A stretch of DNA of 64,000 nt from Rhynchopus sp. YZ270_cl-10 (lineage: Eukaryota), in NCBI GenBank assembly GCA_964035575.1, contig OZ037845.1, forward strand, positions 992,001 through 1,056,000, written 5' to 3'. The notes under the pieces were generated by a model. The model had not been told where the DNA came from. It did not search any database and saw nothing but the letters and a program-made list of their open reading frames with translations. This document shows positions 8,241-23,200 of this stretch, one piece after another (the first letter of the stretch is position 1; every line of letters begins with the position of its first letter). A program made the translations under genes and the position numbers.

Positions 8241-11200
8241 GACACAGATGCGTTGAAACGGATGCGTTGAAACGGATGCGTTGAAACGGATGCGTTGAAA
8301 CGGATGCGTTGAAACAGACGCGTTGAAACGGATGCGTTGACACAGATGCGTTGAAACAGACGCGTTGAAACGGGTGCGTTGAAACGGATGCGTTGAAACG
8401 GATGCGTTGAAACGGATGCGTTGAAACGGATGCGTTGAAACGGGTGCGCTGAAACGGATGCGTTGAAACGGATGCGTTGAAACGGATGCGCTGAAACAGA
8501 CGCGTTGACACGGATGCGTTGAAACGGATGCGTTGACACGGATGCGTTGAAACGGATGCGTTGAAACGGATGCGTTGACACGGATGCGTTGAAACGGATG
8601 CGTTGAAACAGACGCGTTGAAACGGATGCGTTGAAACGGATGCGTTGAAACGGACGCGTTGAAACGGATGCGTTGAAACGGATGCGTTGAAACAGACGCG
8701 TTGAAACGGATGCGTTGAAACAGACGCGTTGAAACGGATGCGTTGAAACGGATGCGTTGAAACGGACGCGTTGAAACGGATGCGTTGAAACAGACGCGTT
8801 GAAACGGATGCGTTGAAACAGACGCGTTGAAACGGATGCGTTGAAACGGACGCGTTGAAACGGATGCGTTGACACGGATGCGTTGACACGGATGCGTTGA
8901 AACGGATGCGTTGAAACGGATGCGTTGAAACAGACGCGTTGAAACGGATGCGTTGAAACAGACGCGTTGAAACGGATGCGTTGAAACGGATGCGCTGAAA
9001 CAGACGCGTTGACACGGATGCGTTCAAACGGATGCGTTGAAACGGATGCGTTGAAACAGACGCGTTGAAACGGATGCGTTGACACGGATGCGTTGAAACG
9101 GATGCGTTGAAACAGACGCGTTGAAACGGATGCGTTGACACGGATGCGTTGAAACGGATGCGTTGAAACAGACGCGTTGACACGGATGCGTTGAAACGGA
9201 TGCGTTGAAACGGATGCGCTGAAACAGACGCGTTGACACGGATGCGTTGATACAGACGCGTTGAAACGGATGCGTTGAAACGGATGCGTTGAAGCGGATG
9301 CGTTGACACGGATGCGTTGATACAGACGCGTTGAAACAGACGCGTTGAAACGGATGCGTTGAAACAGACGCGTTGACACGGATACGCTGAAACGGATGCG
9401 TTGAAACGGATGCGTTGAAACGGATGCGTTGACACGGATGCGTTGAAACGGATGCGTTGAAACGTATGCGTTGAAACAGATGCGTTGAAACGGATGCGTT
9501 GAAACGGATGCGTTGAAACAGACGCGTTGACACGGATGCGTTGAAACGGATGCGTTGAAACAGACGCGTTGACACGGATGCGTTGAAACGGATGCGTTGA
9601 AACGGATGCGTTGAAACGGATGCGTTGACACGGATGCGTTGAAACGGATGCGTTGAAACAGACGCGTTGACACGGATGCGTTGAAACGGATGCGTTGAAA
9701 CGGATGCGTTGAAACGGATGCGTTGAAACGGATGCGTTGACACGGATGCGTTGAAACGGATGCGTTGAAACGGATGCGTTGACACGGATGCGTTGAAACG
9801 GATGCGCTGAAACGGATGCGTTGAAACGGATGCGCTGAAACGGATGCGTTGAAACGGATGCGCTGAAACGGATGCGTTGAAACAGATGCGTTGAAACGGA
9901 TGCGTTGAAACGGATGCGTTGAAACGGATGCGCTGAAACGGATGCGTTGAAACGGATGCGCTGAAACGGATGCGTTGAAACGGATGCGTTGAAACGGATG
10001 CGTTGAAACAGACGCGTTGACACGGATGCGTTGAAACAGATGCGTTGAAACGGATGCGTTGACACGGATGCGTTGAAGTGGATGCGTTGACACGGATGCG
10101 TTGAAACGGATGCGTTGAAACGTATGCGTTGAAACAGATGCGTTGAAACGGATGCGTTGAAACGGATGCGTTGAAACAGACGCGTTGACACGGATGCGTT
10201 GAAACGGATGCGTTGAAACAGACGCGTTGACACGGATGCGTTGAAACGGATGCGTTGAAACGGATGCGTTGAAACGGATGCGTTGACACGGATGCGTTGA
10301 AACGGATGCGCTGAAACGGATGCGTTGAAACGGATGCGTTGAAACAGACGCGTTGACACGGATGCGTTGAAACGGATGCGTTGAAACAGACGCGTTGACA
10401 CGGATGCGTTGAAACGGATGCGTTGAAACGGATGCGTTGAAACGGATGCGTTGACACGGATGCGTTGAAACGGATGCGTTGAAACGGATGCGCTGAAACG
10501 GATGCGTTGAAACGGATGCGCTGAAACGGATGCGTTGAAACGGATGCGCTGAAACGGATGCGTTGAAACGGATGCGCTGAAACGGATGCGTTGAAACGGA
10601 TGCGTTGAAACGGATGCGTTGAAACGGATGCGTTGAAACGGATGCGTTGAAACGGATGCGCTGAAACGGATGCGTTGAAACGGATGCGCTGAAACGGATG
10701 CGTTGAAACGGATGCGTTGAAACAGACGCGTTGACACGGATGCGTTGAAACAGATGCGTTGAAACGGATGCGTTGAAACGGATGCGTTGACACGGATGCG
10801 TTGAAACGGATGCGCTGAAACGGATGCGTTGAAACGGATGCGTTGAAGCGGATGCGCTGAAACGGATGCGTTGAAACGGATGCGTTGAAACAGACGCGTT
10901 GACACGGATGCGTTGAAACGGATGCGTTGACACGGATGCGTTGAAACGAATGCGTTGAAACGGATGCGTTGACACGGATGCGTTGAAACGGATGCGTTGA
11001 AACGGATGCGTTGAAACGGATGCGTTGACACGGATGCGTTGAAACGGATGCGTTGAAACGGATGCGTTGAAACAGACGCGTTGACACGGATGCGTTGAAA
11101 CGGATGCGTTGAAACGGATGCGTTGAAACGGATGCGTTGACACGGATGCGTTGAAACGGATGCGTTGAAACGGATGCGTTGACACGGATGCGTTGAAACG

Positions 11201-14200
11201 GATGCGTTGACACGGATGCGTTGAAACGGATGCGTTGAAACGGATGCGTTGAAACAGACGCGTTGACACGGATGCGTTGAAACGGATGCGTTGAAACGGA
11301 TGCGTTGAAACGGATGCGTTGACACGGATGCGTTGACACGGATGCGTTGAAACGGATGCGTTGAAACGGATGCGTTGAAACAGACGCGTTGAAACGGATG
11401 CGTTGAAACAGACGCGTTGAAACGGATGCGTTGAAACGGATGCGCTGAAACAGACGCGTTGACACGGATGCGTTCAAACGGATGCGTTGAAACGGATGCG
11501 TTGAAACAGACGCGTTGAAACGGATGCGTTGACACGGATGCGTTGAAACGGATGCGTTGAAACAGACGCGTTGAAACGGATGCGTTGACACGGATGCGTT
11601 GAAACGGATGCGTTGAAACAGACGCGTTGACACGGATGCGTTGAAACGGATGCGTTGAAACGGATGCGCTGAAACAGACGCGTTGACACGGATGCGTTGA
11701 TACAGACGCGTTGAAACGGATGCGTTGAAACGGATGCGTTGAAGCGGATGCGTTGACACGGATGCGTTGATACAGACGCGTTGAAACAGACGCGTTGAAA
11801 CGGATGCGTTGAAACAGACGCGTTGACACGGATACGCTGAAACGGATGCGTTGAAACGGATGCGTTGAAACGGATGCGTTGACACGGATGCGTTGAAACG
11901 GATGCGTTGAAACGTATGCGTTGAAACAGATGCGTTGAAACGGATGCGTTGAAACGGATGCGTTGAAACAGACGCGTTGACACGGATGCGTTGAAACGGA
12001 TGCGTTGAAACAGACGCGTTGACACGGATGCGTTGAAACGGATGCGTTGAAACGGATGCGTTGAAACGGATGCGTTGACACGGATGCGTTGAAACGGATG
12101 CGTTGAAACAGACGCGTTGACACGGATGCGTTGAAACGGATGCGTTGAAACGGATGCGTTGAAACGGATGCGTTGAAACGGATGCGTTGACACGGATGCG
12201 TTGAAACGGATGCGTTGAAACGGATGCGTTGACACGGATGCGTTGAAACGGATGCGCTGAAACGGATGCGTTGAAACGGATGCGCTGAAACGGATGCGTT
12301 GAAACGGATGCGCTGAAACGGATGCGTTGAAACAGATGCGTTGAAACGGATGCGTTGAAACGGATGCGTTGAAACGGATGCGCTGAAACGGATGCGTTGA
12401 AACGGATGCGCTGAAACGGATGCGTTGAAACGGATGCGTTGAAACGGATGCGTTGAAACAGACGCGTTGACACGGATGCGTTGAAACAGATGCGTTGAAA
12501 CGGATGCGTTGACACGGATGCGTTGAAGTGGATGCGTTGACACGGATGCGTTGAAACGGATGCGTTGAAACGTATGCGTTGAAACAGATGCGTTGAAACG
12601 GATGCGTTGAAACGGATGCGTTGAAACAGACGCGTTGACACGGATGCGTTGAAACGGATGCGTTGAAACAGACGCGTTGACACGGATGCGTTGAAACGGA
12701 TGCGTTGAAACGGATGCGTTGAAACGGATGCGTTGACACGGATGCGTTGAAACGGATGCGCTGAAACGGATGCGTTGAAACGGATGCGTTGAAACAGACG
12801 CGTTGACACGGATGCGTTGAAACGGATGCGTTGAAACAGACGCGTTGACACGGATGCGTTGAAACGGATGCGTTGAAACGGATGCGTTGAAACGGATGCG
12901 TTGACACGGATGCGTTGAAACGGATGCGTTGAAACGGATGCGCTGAAACGGATGCGTTGAAACGGATGCGCTGAAACGGATGCGTTGAAACGGATGCGCT
13001 GAAACGGATGCGTTGAAACGGATGCGCTGAAACGGATGCGTTGAAACGGATGCGTTGAAACGGATGCGTTGAAACGGATGCGTTGAAACGGATGCGTTGA
13101 AACGGATGCGCTGAAACGGATGCGTTGAAACGGATGCGCTGAAACGGATGCGTTGAAACGGATGCGTTGAAACAGACGCGTTGACACGGATGCGTTGAAA
13201 CAGATGCGTTGAAACGGATGCGTTGACACGGATGCGTTGCAACGGATGCGCTGAAACGGATGCGTTGAAACGGGTGCGTTGAAACGGATGCGTTGAAACG
13301 GATGCGTTGAAACGGATGCGTTGAAACGGATGCGTTGAAACGGGTGCGCTGAAACGGATGCGTTGAAACGGATGCGTTGAAACGGATGCGCTGAAACAGA
13401 CGCGTTGACACGGATGCGTTGAAACGGATGCGTTGACACGGATGCGTTGAAACGGATGCGTTGAAACGGATGCGTTGACACGGATGCGTTGAAACGGATG
13501 CGTTGAAACAGACGCGTTGAAACGGATGCGTTGAAACGGATGCGTTGAAACGGACGCGTTGAAACGGATGCGTTGAAACGGATGCGTTGAAACAGACGCG
13601 TTGAAACGGATGCGTTGAAACAGACGCGTTGAAACGGATGCGTTGAAACGGATGCGTTGAAACGGACGCGTTGAAACGGATGCGTTGAAACAGACGCGTT
13701 GAAACGGATGCGTTGAAACAGACGCGTTGAAACGGATGCGTTGAAACGGACGCGTTGAAACGGATGCGTTGACACGGATGCGTTGACACGGATGCGTTGA
13801 AACGGATGCGTTGAAACGGATGCGTTGAAACAGACGCGTTGAAACGGATGCGTTGAAACAGACGCGTTGAAACGGATGCGTTGAAACGGATGCGCTGAAA
13901 CAGACGCGTTGACACGGATGCGTTCAAACGGATGCGTTGAAACGGATGCGTTGAAACAGACGCGTTGAAACGGATGCGTTGACACGGATGCGTTGAAACG
14001 GATGCGTTGAAACAGACGCGTTGAAACGGATGCGTTGACACGGATGCGTTGAAACGGATGCGTTGAAACAGACGCGTTGACACGGATGCGTTGAAACGGA
14101 TGCGTTGAAACGGATGCGCTGAAACAGACGCGTTGACACGGATGCGTTGATACAGACGCGTTGAAACGGATGCGTTGAAACGGATGCGTTGACACGGATG

Positions 14201-17200
14201 CGTTGAAACGGATGCGTTGAAACGGATGCGCTGAAACGGATGCGTTGAAACGGATGCGTTGACACGGATGCGTTGATACAGACGCGTTGAAACAGACGCG
14301 TTGAAACGGATGCGTTGAAACAGACGCGTTGACACGGATACGCTGAAACGGATGCGTTGAAACGGATGCGTTGAAACGGATGCGTTGACACGGATGCGTT
14401 GAAACGGATGCGTTGAAACGTATGCGTTGAAACAGATGCGTTGAAACGGATGCGTTGAAACGGATGCGTTGAAACAGACGCGTTGACACGGATGCGTTGA
14501 AACGGATGCGTTGAAACAGACGCGTTGACACGTATGCGTTGAAACGGATGCGTTGAAACGGATGCGTTGAAACGGATGCGTTGACACGGATGCGTTGAAA
14601 CGGATGCGTTGAAACAGACGCGTTGACACGGATGCGTTGAAACGGATGCGTTGAAACGGATGCGTTGAAACGGATGCGTTGAAACGGATGCGTTGACACG
14701 GATGCGTTGAAACGGATGCGTTGAAACGGATGCGTTGACACGGATGCGTTGAAACGGATGCGCTGAAACGGATGCGTTGAAACGGATGCGCTGAAACGGA
14801 TGCGTTGAAACGGATGCGCTGAAACGGATGCGTTGAAACAGATGCGTTGAAACGGATGCGTTGAAACGGATGCGTTGAAACGGATGCGCTGAAACGGATG
14901 CGTTGAAACGGATGCGCTGAAACGGATGCGTTGAAACGGATGCGTTGAAACGGATGCGTTGAAACAGACGCGTTGACACGGATGCGTTGAAACAGATGCG
15001 TTGAAACGGATGCGTTGACACGGATGCGTTGAAGTGGATGCGTTGACACGGATGCGTTGAAACGGATGCGTTGAAACGTATGCGTTGAAACAGATGCGTT
15101 GAAACGGATGCGTTGAAACGGATGCGTTGAAACAGACGCGTTGACACGGATGCGTTGAAACGGATGCGTTGAAACAGACGCGTTGACACGGATGCGTTGA
15201 AACGGATGCGTTGAAACGGATGCGTTGAAACGGATGCGTTGACACGGATGCGTTGAAACGGATGCGCTGAAACGGATGCGTTGAAACGGATGCGTTGAAA
15301 CAGACGCGTTGACACGGATGCGTTGAAACGGATGCGTTGAAACAGACGCGTTGACACGGATGCGTTGAAACGGATGCGTTGAAACGGATGCGTTGAAACG
15401 GATGCGTTGACACGGATGCGTTGAAACGGATGCGTTGAAACGGATGCGCTGAAACGGATGCGTTGAAACGGATGCGCTGAAACGGATGCGTTGAAACGGA
15501 TGCGCTGAAACGGATGCGTTGAAACGGATGCGCTGAAACGGATGCGTTGAAACGGATGCGTTGAAACGGATGCGTTGAAACGGATGCGTTGAAACGGATG
15601 CGTTGAAACGGATGCGCTGAAACGGATGCGTTGAAACGGATGCGCTGAAACGGATGCGTTGAAACGGATGCGTTGAAACAGACGCGTTGACACGGATGCG
15701 TTGAAACAGATGCGTTGAAACGGATGCGTTGAAACGGATGCGTTGACACGGATGCGTTGAAACGGATGCGCTGAAACGGATGCGTTGAAACGGATGCGTT
15801 GAAGCGGATGCGCTGAAACGGATGCGTTGAAACGGATGCGTTGAAACAGACGCGTTGACACGGATGCGTTGAAACGGATGCGTTGACACGGATGCGTTGA
15901 AACGAATGCGTTGAAACGGATGCGTTGACACGGATGCGTTGAAACGGATGCGTTGAAACGGATGCGTTGAAACGGATGCGTTGAAACGGATGCGTTGACA
16001 CGGATGCGTTGAAACGGATGCGTTGAAACGGATGCGTTGAAACAGACGCGTTGACACGGATGCGTTGAAACGGATGCGTTGAAACGGATGCGTTGAAACG
16101 GATGCGTTGACACGGATGCGTTGAAACGGATGCGTTGAAACGGATGCGTTGACACGGATGCGTTGAAACGGATGCGTTGACACGGATGCGTTGAAACGGA
16201 TGCGTTGAAACGGATGCGTTGAAACAGACGCGTTGACACGGATGCGTTGAAACGGATGCGTTGAAACGGATGCGTTGAAACGGATGCGTTGACACGGATG
16301 CGTTGACACGGATGCGTTGAAACGGATGCGTTGAAACGGATGCGTTGAAACAGACGCGTTGAAACGGATGCGTTGAAACAGACGCGTTGAAACGGATGCG
16401 TTGAAACGGATGCGCTGAAACAGACGCGTTGACACGGATGCGTTCAAACGGATGCGTTGAAACGGATGCGTTGAAACAGACGCGTTGAAACGGATGCGTT
16501 GACACGGATGCGTTGAAACGGATGCGTTGAAACAGACGCGTTGAAACGGATGCGTTGACACGGATGCGTTGAAACGGATGCGTTGAAACAGACGCGTTGA
16601 CACGGATGCGTTGAAACGGATGCGTTGAAACGGATGCGCTGAAACAGACGCGTTGACACGGATGCGTTGATACAGACGCGTTGAAACGGATGCGTTGAAA
16701 CGGATGCGTTGAAGCGGATGCGTTGACACGGATGCGTTGATACAGACGCGTTGAAACAGACGCGTTGAAACGGATGCGTTGAAACAGACGCGTTGACACG
16801 GATACGCTGAAACGGATGCGTTGAAACGGATGCGTTGAAACGGATGCGTTGACACGGATGCGTTGAAACGGATGCGTTGAAACGTATGCGTTGAAACAGA
16901 TGCGTTGAAACGGATGCGTTGAAACGGATGCGTTGAAACAGACGCGTTGACACGGATGCGTTGAAACGGATGCGTTGAAACAGACGCGTTGACACGGATG
17001 CGTTGAAACGGATGCGTTGAAACGGATGCGTTGAAACGGATGCGTTGACACGGATGCGTTGAAACGGATGCGTTGAAACAGACGCGTTGACACGGATGCG
17101 TTGAAACGGATGCGTTGAAACGGATGCGTTGAAACGGATGCGTTGAAACGGATGCGTTGACACGGATGCGTTGAAACGGATGCGTTGAAACGGATGCGTT

Positions 17201-20200
17201 GACACGGATGCGTTGAAACGGATGCGCTGAAACGGATGCGTTGAAACGGATGCGCTGAAACGGATGCGTTGAAACGGATGCGCTGAAACGGATGCGTTGA
17301 AACAGATGCGTTGAAACGGATGCGTTGAAACGGATGCGTTGAAACGGATGCGCTGAAACGGATGCGTTGAAACGGATGCGCTGAAACGGATGCGTTGAAA
17401 CGGATGCGTTGAAACGGATGCGTTGAAACAGACGCGTTGACACGGATGCGTTGAAACAGATGCGTTGAAACGGATGCGTTGACACGGATGCGTTGAAGTG
17501 GATGCGTTGACACGGATGCGTTGAAACGGATGCGTTGAAACGTATGCGTTGAAACAGATGCGTTGAAACGGATGCGTTGAAACGGATGCGTTGAAACAGA
17601 CGCGTTGACACGGATGCGTTGAAACGGATGCGTTGAAACAGACGCGTTGACACGGATGCGTTGAAACGGATGCGTTGAAACGGATGCGTTGAAACGGATG
17701 CGTTGACACGGATGCGTTGAAACGGATGCGCTGAAACGGATGCGTTGAAACGGATGCGTTGAAACAGACGCGTTGACACGGATGCGTTGAAACGGATGCG
17801 TTGAAACAGACGCGTTGACACGGATGCGTTGAAACGGATGCGTTGAAACGGATGCGTTGAAACGGATGCGTTGACACGGATGCGTTGAAACGGATGCGTT
17901 GAAACGGATGCGCTGAAACGGATGCGTTGAAACGGATGCGCTGAAACGGATGCGTTGAAACGGATGCGCTGAAACGGATGCGTTGAAACGGATGCGCTGA
18001 AACGGATGCGTTGAAACGGATGCGTTGAAACGGATGCGTTGAAACGGATGCGTTGAAACGGATGCGTTGAAACGGATGCGCTGAAACGGATGCGTTGAAA
18101 CGGATGCGCTGAAACGGATGCGTTGAAACGGATGCGTTGAAACAGACGCGTTGACACGGATGCGTTGAAACAGATGCGTTGAAACGGATGCGTTGACACG
18201 GATGCGTTGCAACGGATGCGCTGAAACGGATGCGTTGAAACGGATGCGCTGAAACGGATGCGTTGAAACGGATGCGCTGAAACGGATGCGTTGAAACGGA
18301 TGCGTTGAAGCGGATGCGCTGAAACGGATGCGTTGAAACGGATGCGTTGAAACAGACGCGTTGACACGGATGCGTTGAAACGGATGCGTTGAAACGGATG
18401 CGTTGAAGCGGATGCGTTGAAACGGATGCGTTGACACGGATGCGTTGAAACGGATGCGTTGAAACGGATGCGCTGAAACGGATGCGTTGAAACGGATGCG
18501 CTGAAACGGATGCGTTGAAACGGATGCGTTGAAGCGGATGCGCTGAAACGGATGCGTTGAAACGGATGCGTTGACACGGATGCGTTGAAACAGATGCGTT
18601 GAAACGGATGCGTTGAAACGGACGCGTTGAAACGGATGCTCTGAAACGGATGCGTTGAAACGGATGCGTTGAAACGGATGCGTTGAAACGGACGCGTTGA
18701 AACGGATGCTCTGAAACGGATGCGTTGAAACGGATGCTCTGAAACGGATGCGTTGAAACGGATGCGCTGAAACGGATGCGTTGACACGGATGCGTTGAAA
18801 CGGATGCGTTGAAACGGATGCGTTGAAACGGATGCTCTGAAACGGATGCGTTGACACGGATGCGTTGAAACGGATGCGTTGAAACAGACGCGTTGAAACG
18901 GATGCGTTGAAGCGGATGCGCTGAAACAGACGCGTTGACACGGATGCGTTGAAACAGACGCGTTGAAACGGATGCGCTGAAACAGACGCGTTGACACGGA
19001 TGCGTTGAAACGGACGCGTTGAAACGGATGCTCTGAAACGGATGCGTTGAAACGGATGCGTTGAAACGGATGCGTTGAAACGGATGCGTTGACACGGATG
19101 CGTTGAAACGGATGCGTTGAAACGGATGCTCTGAAACGGATGCGTTGACACGGATGCGTTGACACGGATGCGTTGAAACAGACGCGTTGAAACGGATGCG
19201 TTGAAACGGATGCGCTGAAACGGATGCGTTGAAACAGACGCGTTGACACGGATGCGTTGAAACAGACGCGTTGAAACGGATGCGCTGAAACAGACGCGTT
19301 GACACGGATGCGTTGAAACAGACGCGTTGAAACGGATGCGTTGAAGCGGATGCGTTGACACGGATGCGTTGAAACAGACGCGTTGAAACGGATGCGTTGA
19401 AACAGACGCGTTGACACGGATGCGTTGATACAGACGCGTTGAAACGGATGCGTTGAAACGGATGCGTTGAAGCGGATGCGTTGACACGGATGCGTTGAAA
19501 CAGACGCGTTGAAACGGATGCGTTGAAACAGACGCGTTGACACGGATGCGTTGAAACGGATGCGCTGAAACGGATGCGTTGAAACGGATGCGTTGAAACG
19601 GATGCGTTGACACGGATGCGTTGAAACGGATGCGTTGAAACGGATGCGTTGAAACAGATGCGTTGACACGGATGCGTTGAAACGGATGCGTTGAAACGTA
19701 TGCGTTGAAACAGATGCGTTGAAACGGATGCGTTGAAACGGATGCGTTGAAACAGACGCGTTGACACGGATGCGTTGAAACGGATGCGTTGAAACGTATG
19801 CGTTGAAACAGATGCGTTGAAACGGATGCGTTGAAACGGATGCGTTGAAACAGACGCGTTGACACGGATGCGTTGACACGGATGCGTTGAAACGGATGCG
19901 TTGAAACAGACGCGTTGACACGGATGCGTTGAAACGGATGCGTTGAAACGGATGCGTTGACACGGATGCGTTGAAACGGATGCGTTGAAACGGATGCGTT
20001 GACACGGATGCGTTGAAACGGATGCGTTGAAACGGATGCGTTGACACGGATGCGTTGAAACGGATGCGTTGAAACGGATGCGTTGAAACAGACGCGTTGA
20101 CACGGATGCGTTGACACGGATGCGTTGAAACGGATGCGTTGAAACGGATGCGTTGAAACGGATGCGTTGAAACGGATGCGTTGACACGGATGCGTTGAAA

Positions 20201-23200
20201 CGGATGCGTTGAAACGGATGCGTTGAAACGGATGCGTTGACACGGATGCGTTGAAACGGATGCGTTGAAACGGATGCGTTGACACGGATGCGTTGAAACG
20301 GATGCGTTGACACGGATGCGTTGAAACGGATGCGTTGACACGGATGCGTTGAAACGGATGCGTTGAAACGGATGCGTTGAAACGGATGCGTTGACACGGA
20401 TGCGTTGAAACGGATGCGTTGAAACGGATGCGTTGAAACGGATGCGTTGAAACGGATGCGTTGACACGGATGCGTTGAAACGGATGCGCTGAAACGGATG
20501 CGTTGAAACGGATGCGTTGAAACAGACGCGTTGACACGGATGCGTTGAAACAGATGCGTTGAAACGGATGCGTTGAAACGGATGCGTTGACACGGATGCG
20601 TTGAAACGGATGCGCTGAAACGGATGCGTTGAAACGGATGCGTTGAAGCGGATGCGCTGAAACGGATGCGTTGAAACGGATGCGTTGAAACGGATGCGTT
20701 GACACGGATGCGTTGAAACGGATGCGTTGAAACGGATGCGTTGACACGGATGCGTTGAAACGGATGCGTTGACACGGATGCGTTGAAACGGATGCGTTGA
20801 AACGGATGCGTTGAAACAGACGCGTTGACACGGATGCGTTGAAACGGATGCGTTGAAACGGATGCGTTGAAACGGATGCGTTGACACGGATGCGTTGACA
20901 CGGATGCGTTGAAACGGATGCGTTGAAACGGATGCGTTGAAACAGACGCGTTGAAACGGATGCGTTGAAACAGACGCGTTGAAACGGATGCGTTGAAACG
21001 GATGCGCTGAAACGGATGCGTTGAAACGGATGCGTTGAAGCGGATGCGCTGAAACGGATGCGTTGAAACAGACGCGTTGACACGGATGCGTTGAAACGGA
21101 TGCGTTGACACGGATGCGTTGAAACGAATGCGTTGAAACGGATGCGTTGACACGGATGCGTTGAAACGGATGCGTTGAAACGGATGCGTTGAAACGGATG
21201 CGTTGACACGGATGCGTTGAAACGGATGCGTTGAAACGGATGCGTTGAAACAGACGCGTTGACACGGATGCGTTGAAACGGATGCGTTGAAACGGATGCG
21301 TTGAAACGGATGCGTTGACACGGATGCGTTGAAACGGATGCGTTGAAACGGATGCGTTGACACGGATGCGTTGAAACGGATGCGTTGACACGGATGCGTT
21401 GAAACGGATGCGTTGAAACGGATGCGTTGAAACAGACGCGTTGACACGGATGCGTTGAAACGGATGCGTTGAAACGGATGCGTTGAAACGGATGCGTTGA
21501 CACGGATGCGTTGACACGGATGCGTTGAAACGGATGCGTTGAAACGGATGCGTTGAAACAGACGCGTTGAAACGGATGCGTTGAAACAGACGCGTTGAAA
21601 CGGATGCGTTGAAACGGATGCGCTGAAACAGACGCGTTGACACGGATGCGTTCAAACGGATGCGTTGAAACGGATGCGTTGAAACAGACGCGTTGAAACG
21701 GATGCGTTGACACGGATGCGTTGAAACGGATGCGTTGAAACAGACGCGTTGAAACGGATGCGTTGACACGGATGCGTTGAAACGGATGCGTTGAAACAGA
21801 CGCGTTGACACGGATGCGTTGAAACGGATGCGTTGAAACGGATGCGCTGAAACAGACGCGTTGACACGGATGCGTTGATACAGACGCGTTGAAACGGATG
21901 CGTTGAAACGGATGCGTTGAAGCGGATGCGTTGACACGGATGCGTTGATACAGACGCGTTGAAACAGACGCGTTGAAACGGATGCGTTGAAACAGACGCG
22001 TTGACACGGATACGCTGAAACGGATGCGTTGAAACGGATGCGTTGAAACGGATGCGTTGACACGGATGCGTTGAAACGGATGCGTTGAAACGTATGCGTT
22101 GAAACAGATGCGTTGAAACGGATGCGTTGAAACGGATGCGTTGAAACAGACGCGTTGACACGGATGCGTTGAAACGGATGCGTTGAAACAGACGCGTTGA
22201 CACGGATGCGTTGAAACGGATGCGTTGAAACGGATGCGTTGAAACGGATGCGTTGACACGGATGCGTTGAAACGGATGCGTTGAAACAGACGCGTTGACA
22301 CGGATGCGTTGAAACGGATGCGTTGAAACGGATGCGTTGAAACGGATGCGTTGAAACGGATGCGTTGACACGGATGCGTTGAAACGGATGCGTTGAAACG
22401 GATGCGTTGACACGGATGCGTTGAAACGGATGCGCTGAAACGGATGCGTTGAAACGGATGCGCTGAAACGGATGCGTTGAAACGGATGCGCTGAAACGGA
22501 TGCGTTGAAACAGATGCGTTGAAACGGATGCGTTGAAACGGATGCGTTGAAACGGATGCGCTGAAACGGATGCGTTGAAACGGATGCGCTGAAACGGATG
22601 CGTTGAAACGGATGCGTTGAAACGGATGCGTTGAAACAGACGCGTTGACACGGATGCGTTGAAACAGATGCGTTGAAACGGATGCGTTGACACGGATGCG
22701 TTGAAGTGGATGCGTTGACACGGATGCGTTGAAACGGATGCGTTGAAACGTATGCGTTGAAACAGATGCGTTGAAACGGATGCGTTGAAACGGATGCGTT
22801 GAAACAGACGCGTTGACACGGATGCGTTGAAACGGATGCGTTGAAACAGACGCGTTGACACGGATGCGTTGAAACGGATGCGTTGAAACGGATGCGTTGA
22901 AACGGATGCGTTGACACGGATGCGTTGAAACGGATGCGCTGAAACGGATGCGTTGAAACGGATGCGTTGAAACAGACGCGTTGACACGGATGCGTTGAAA
23001 CGGATGCGTTGAAACAGACGCGTTGACACGGATGCGTTGAAACGGATGCGTTGAAACGGATGCGTTGAAACGGATGCGTTGACACGGATGCGTTGAAACG
23101 GATGCGTTGAAACGGATGCGCTGAAACGGATGCGTTGAAACGGATGCGCTGAAACGGATGCGTTGAAACGGATGCGCTGAAACGGATGCGTTGAAACGGA

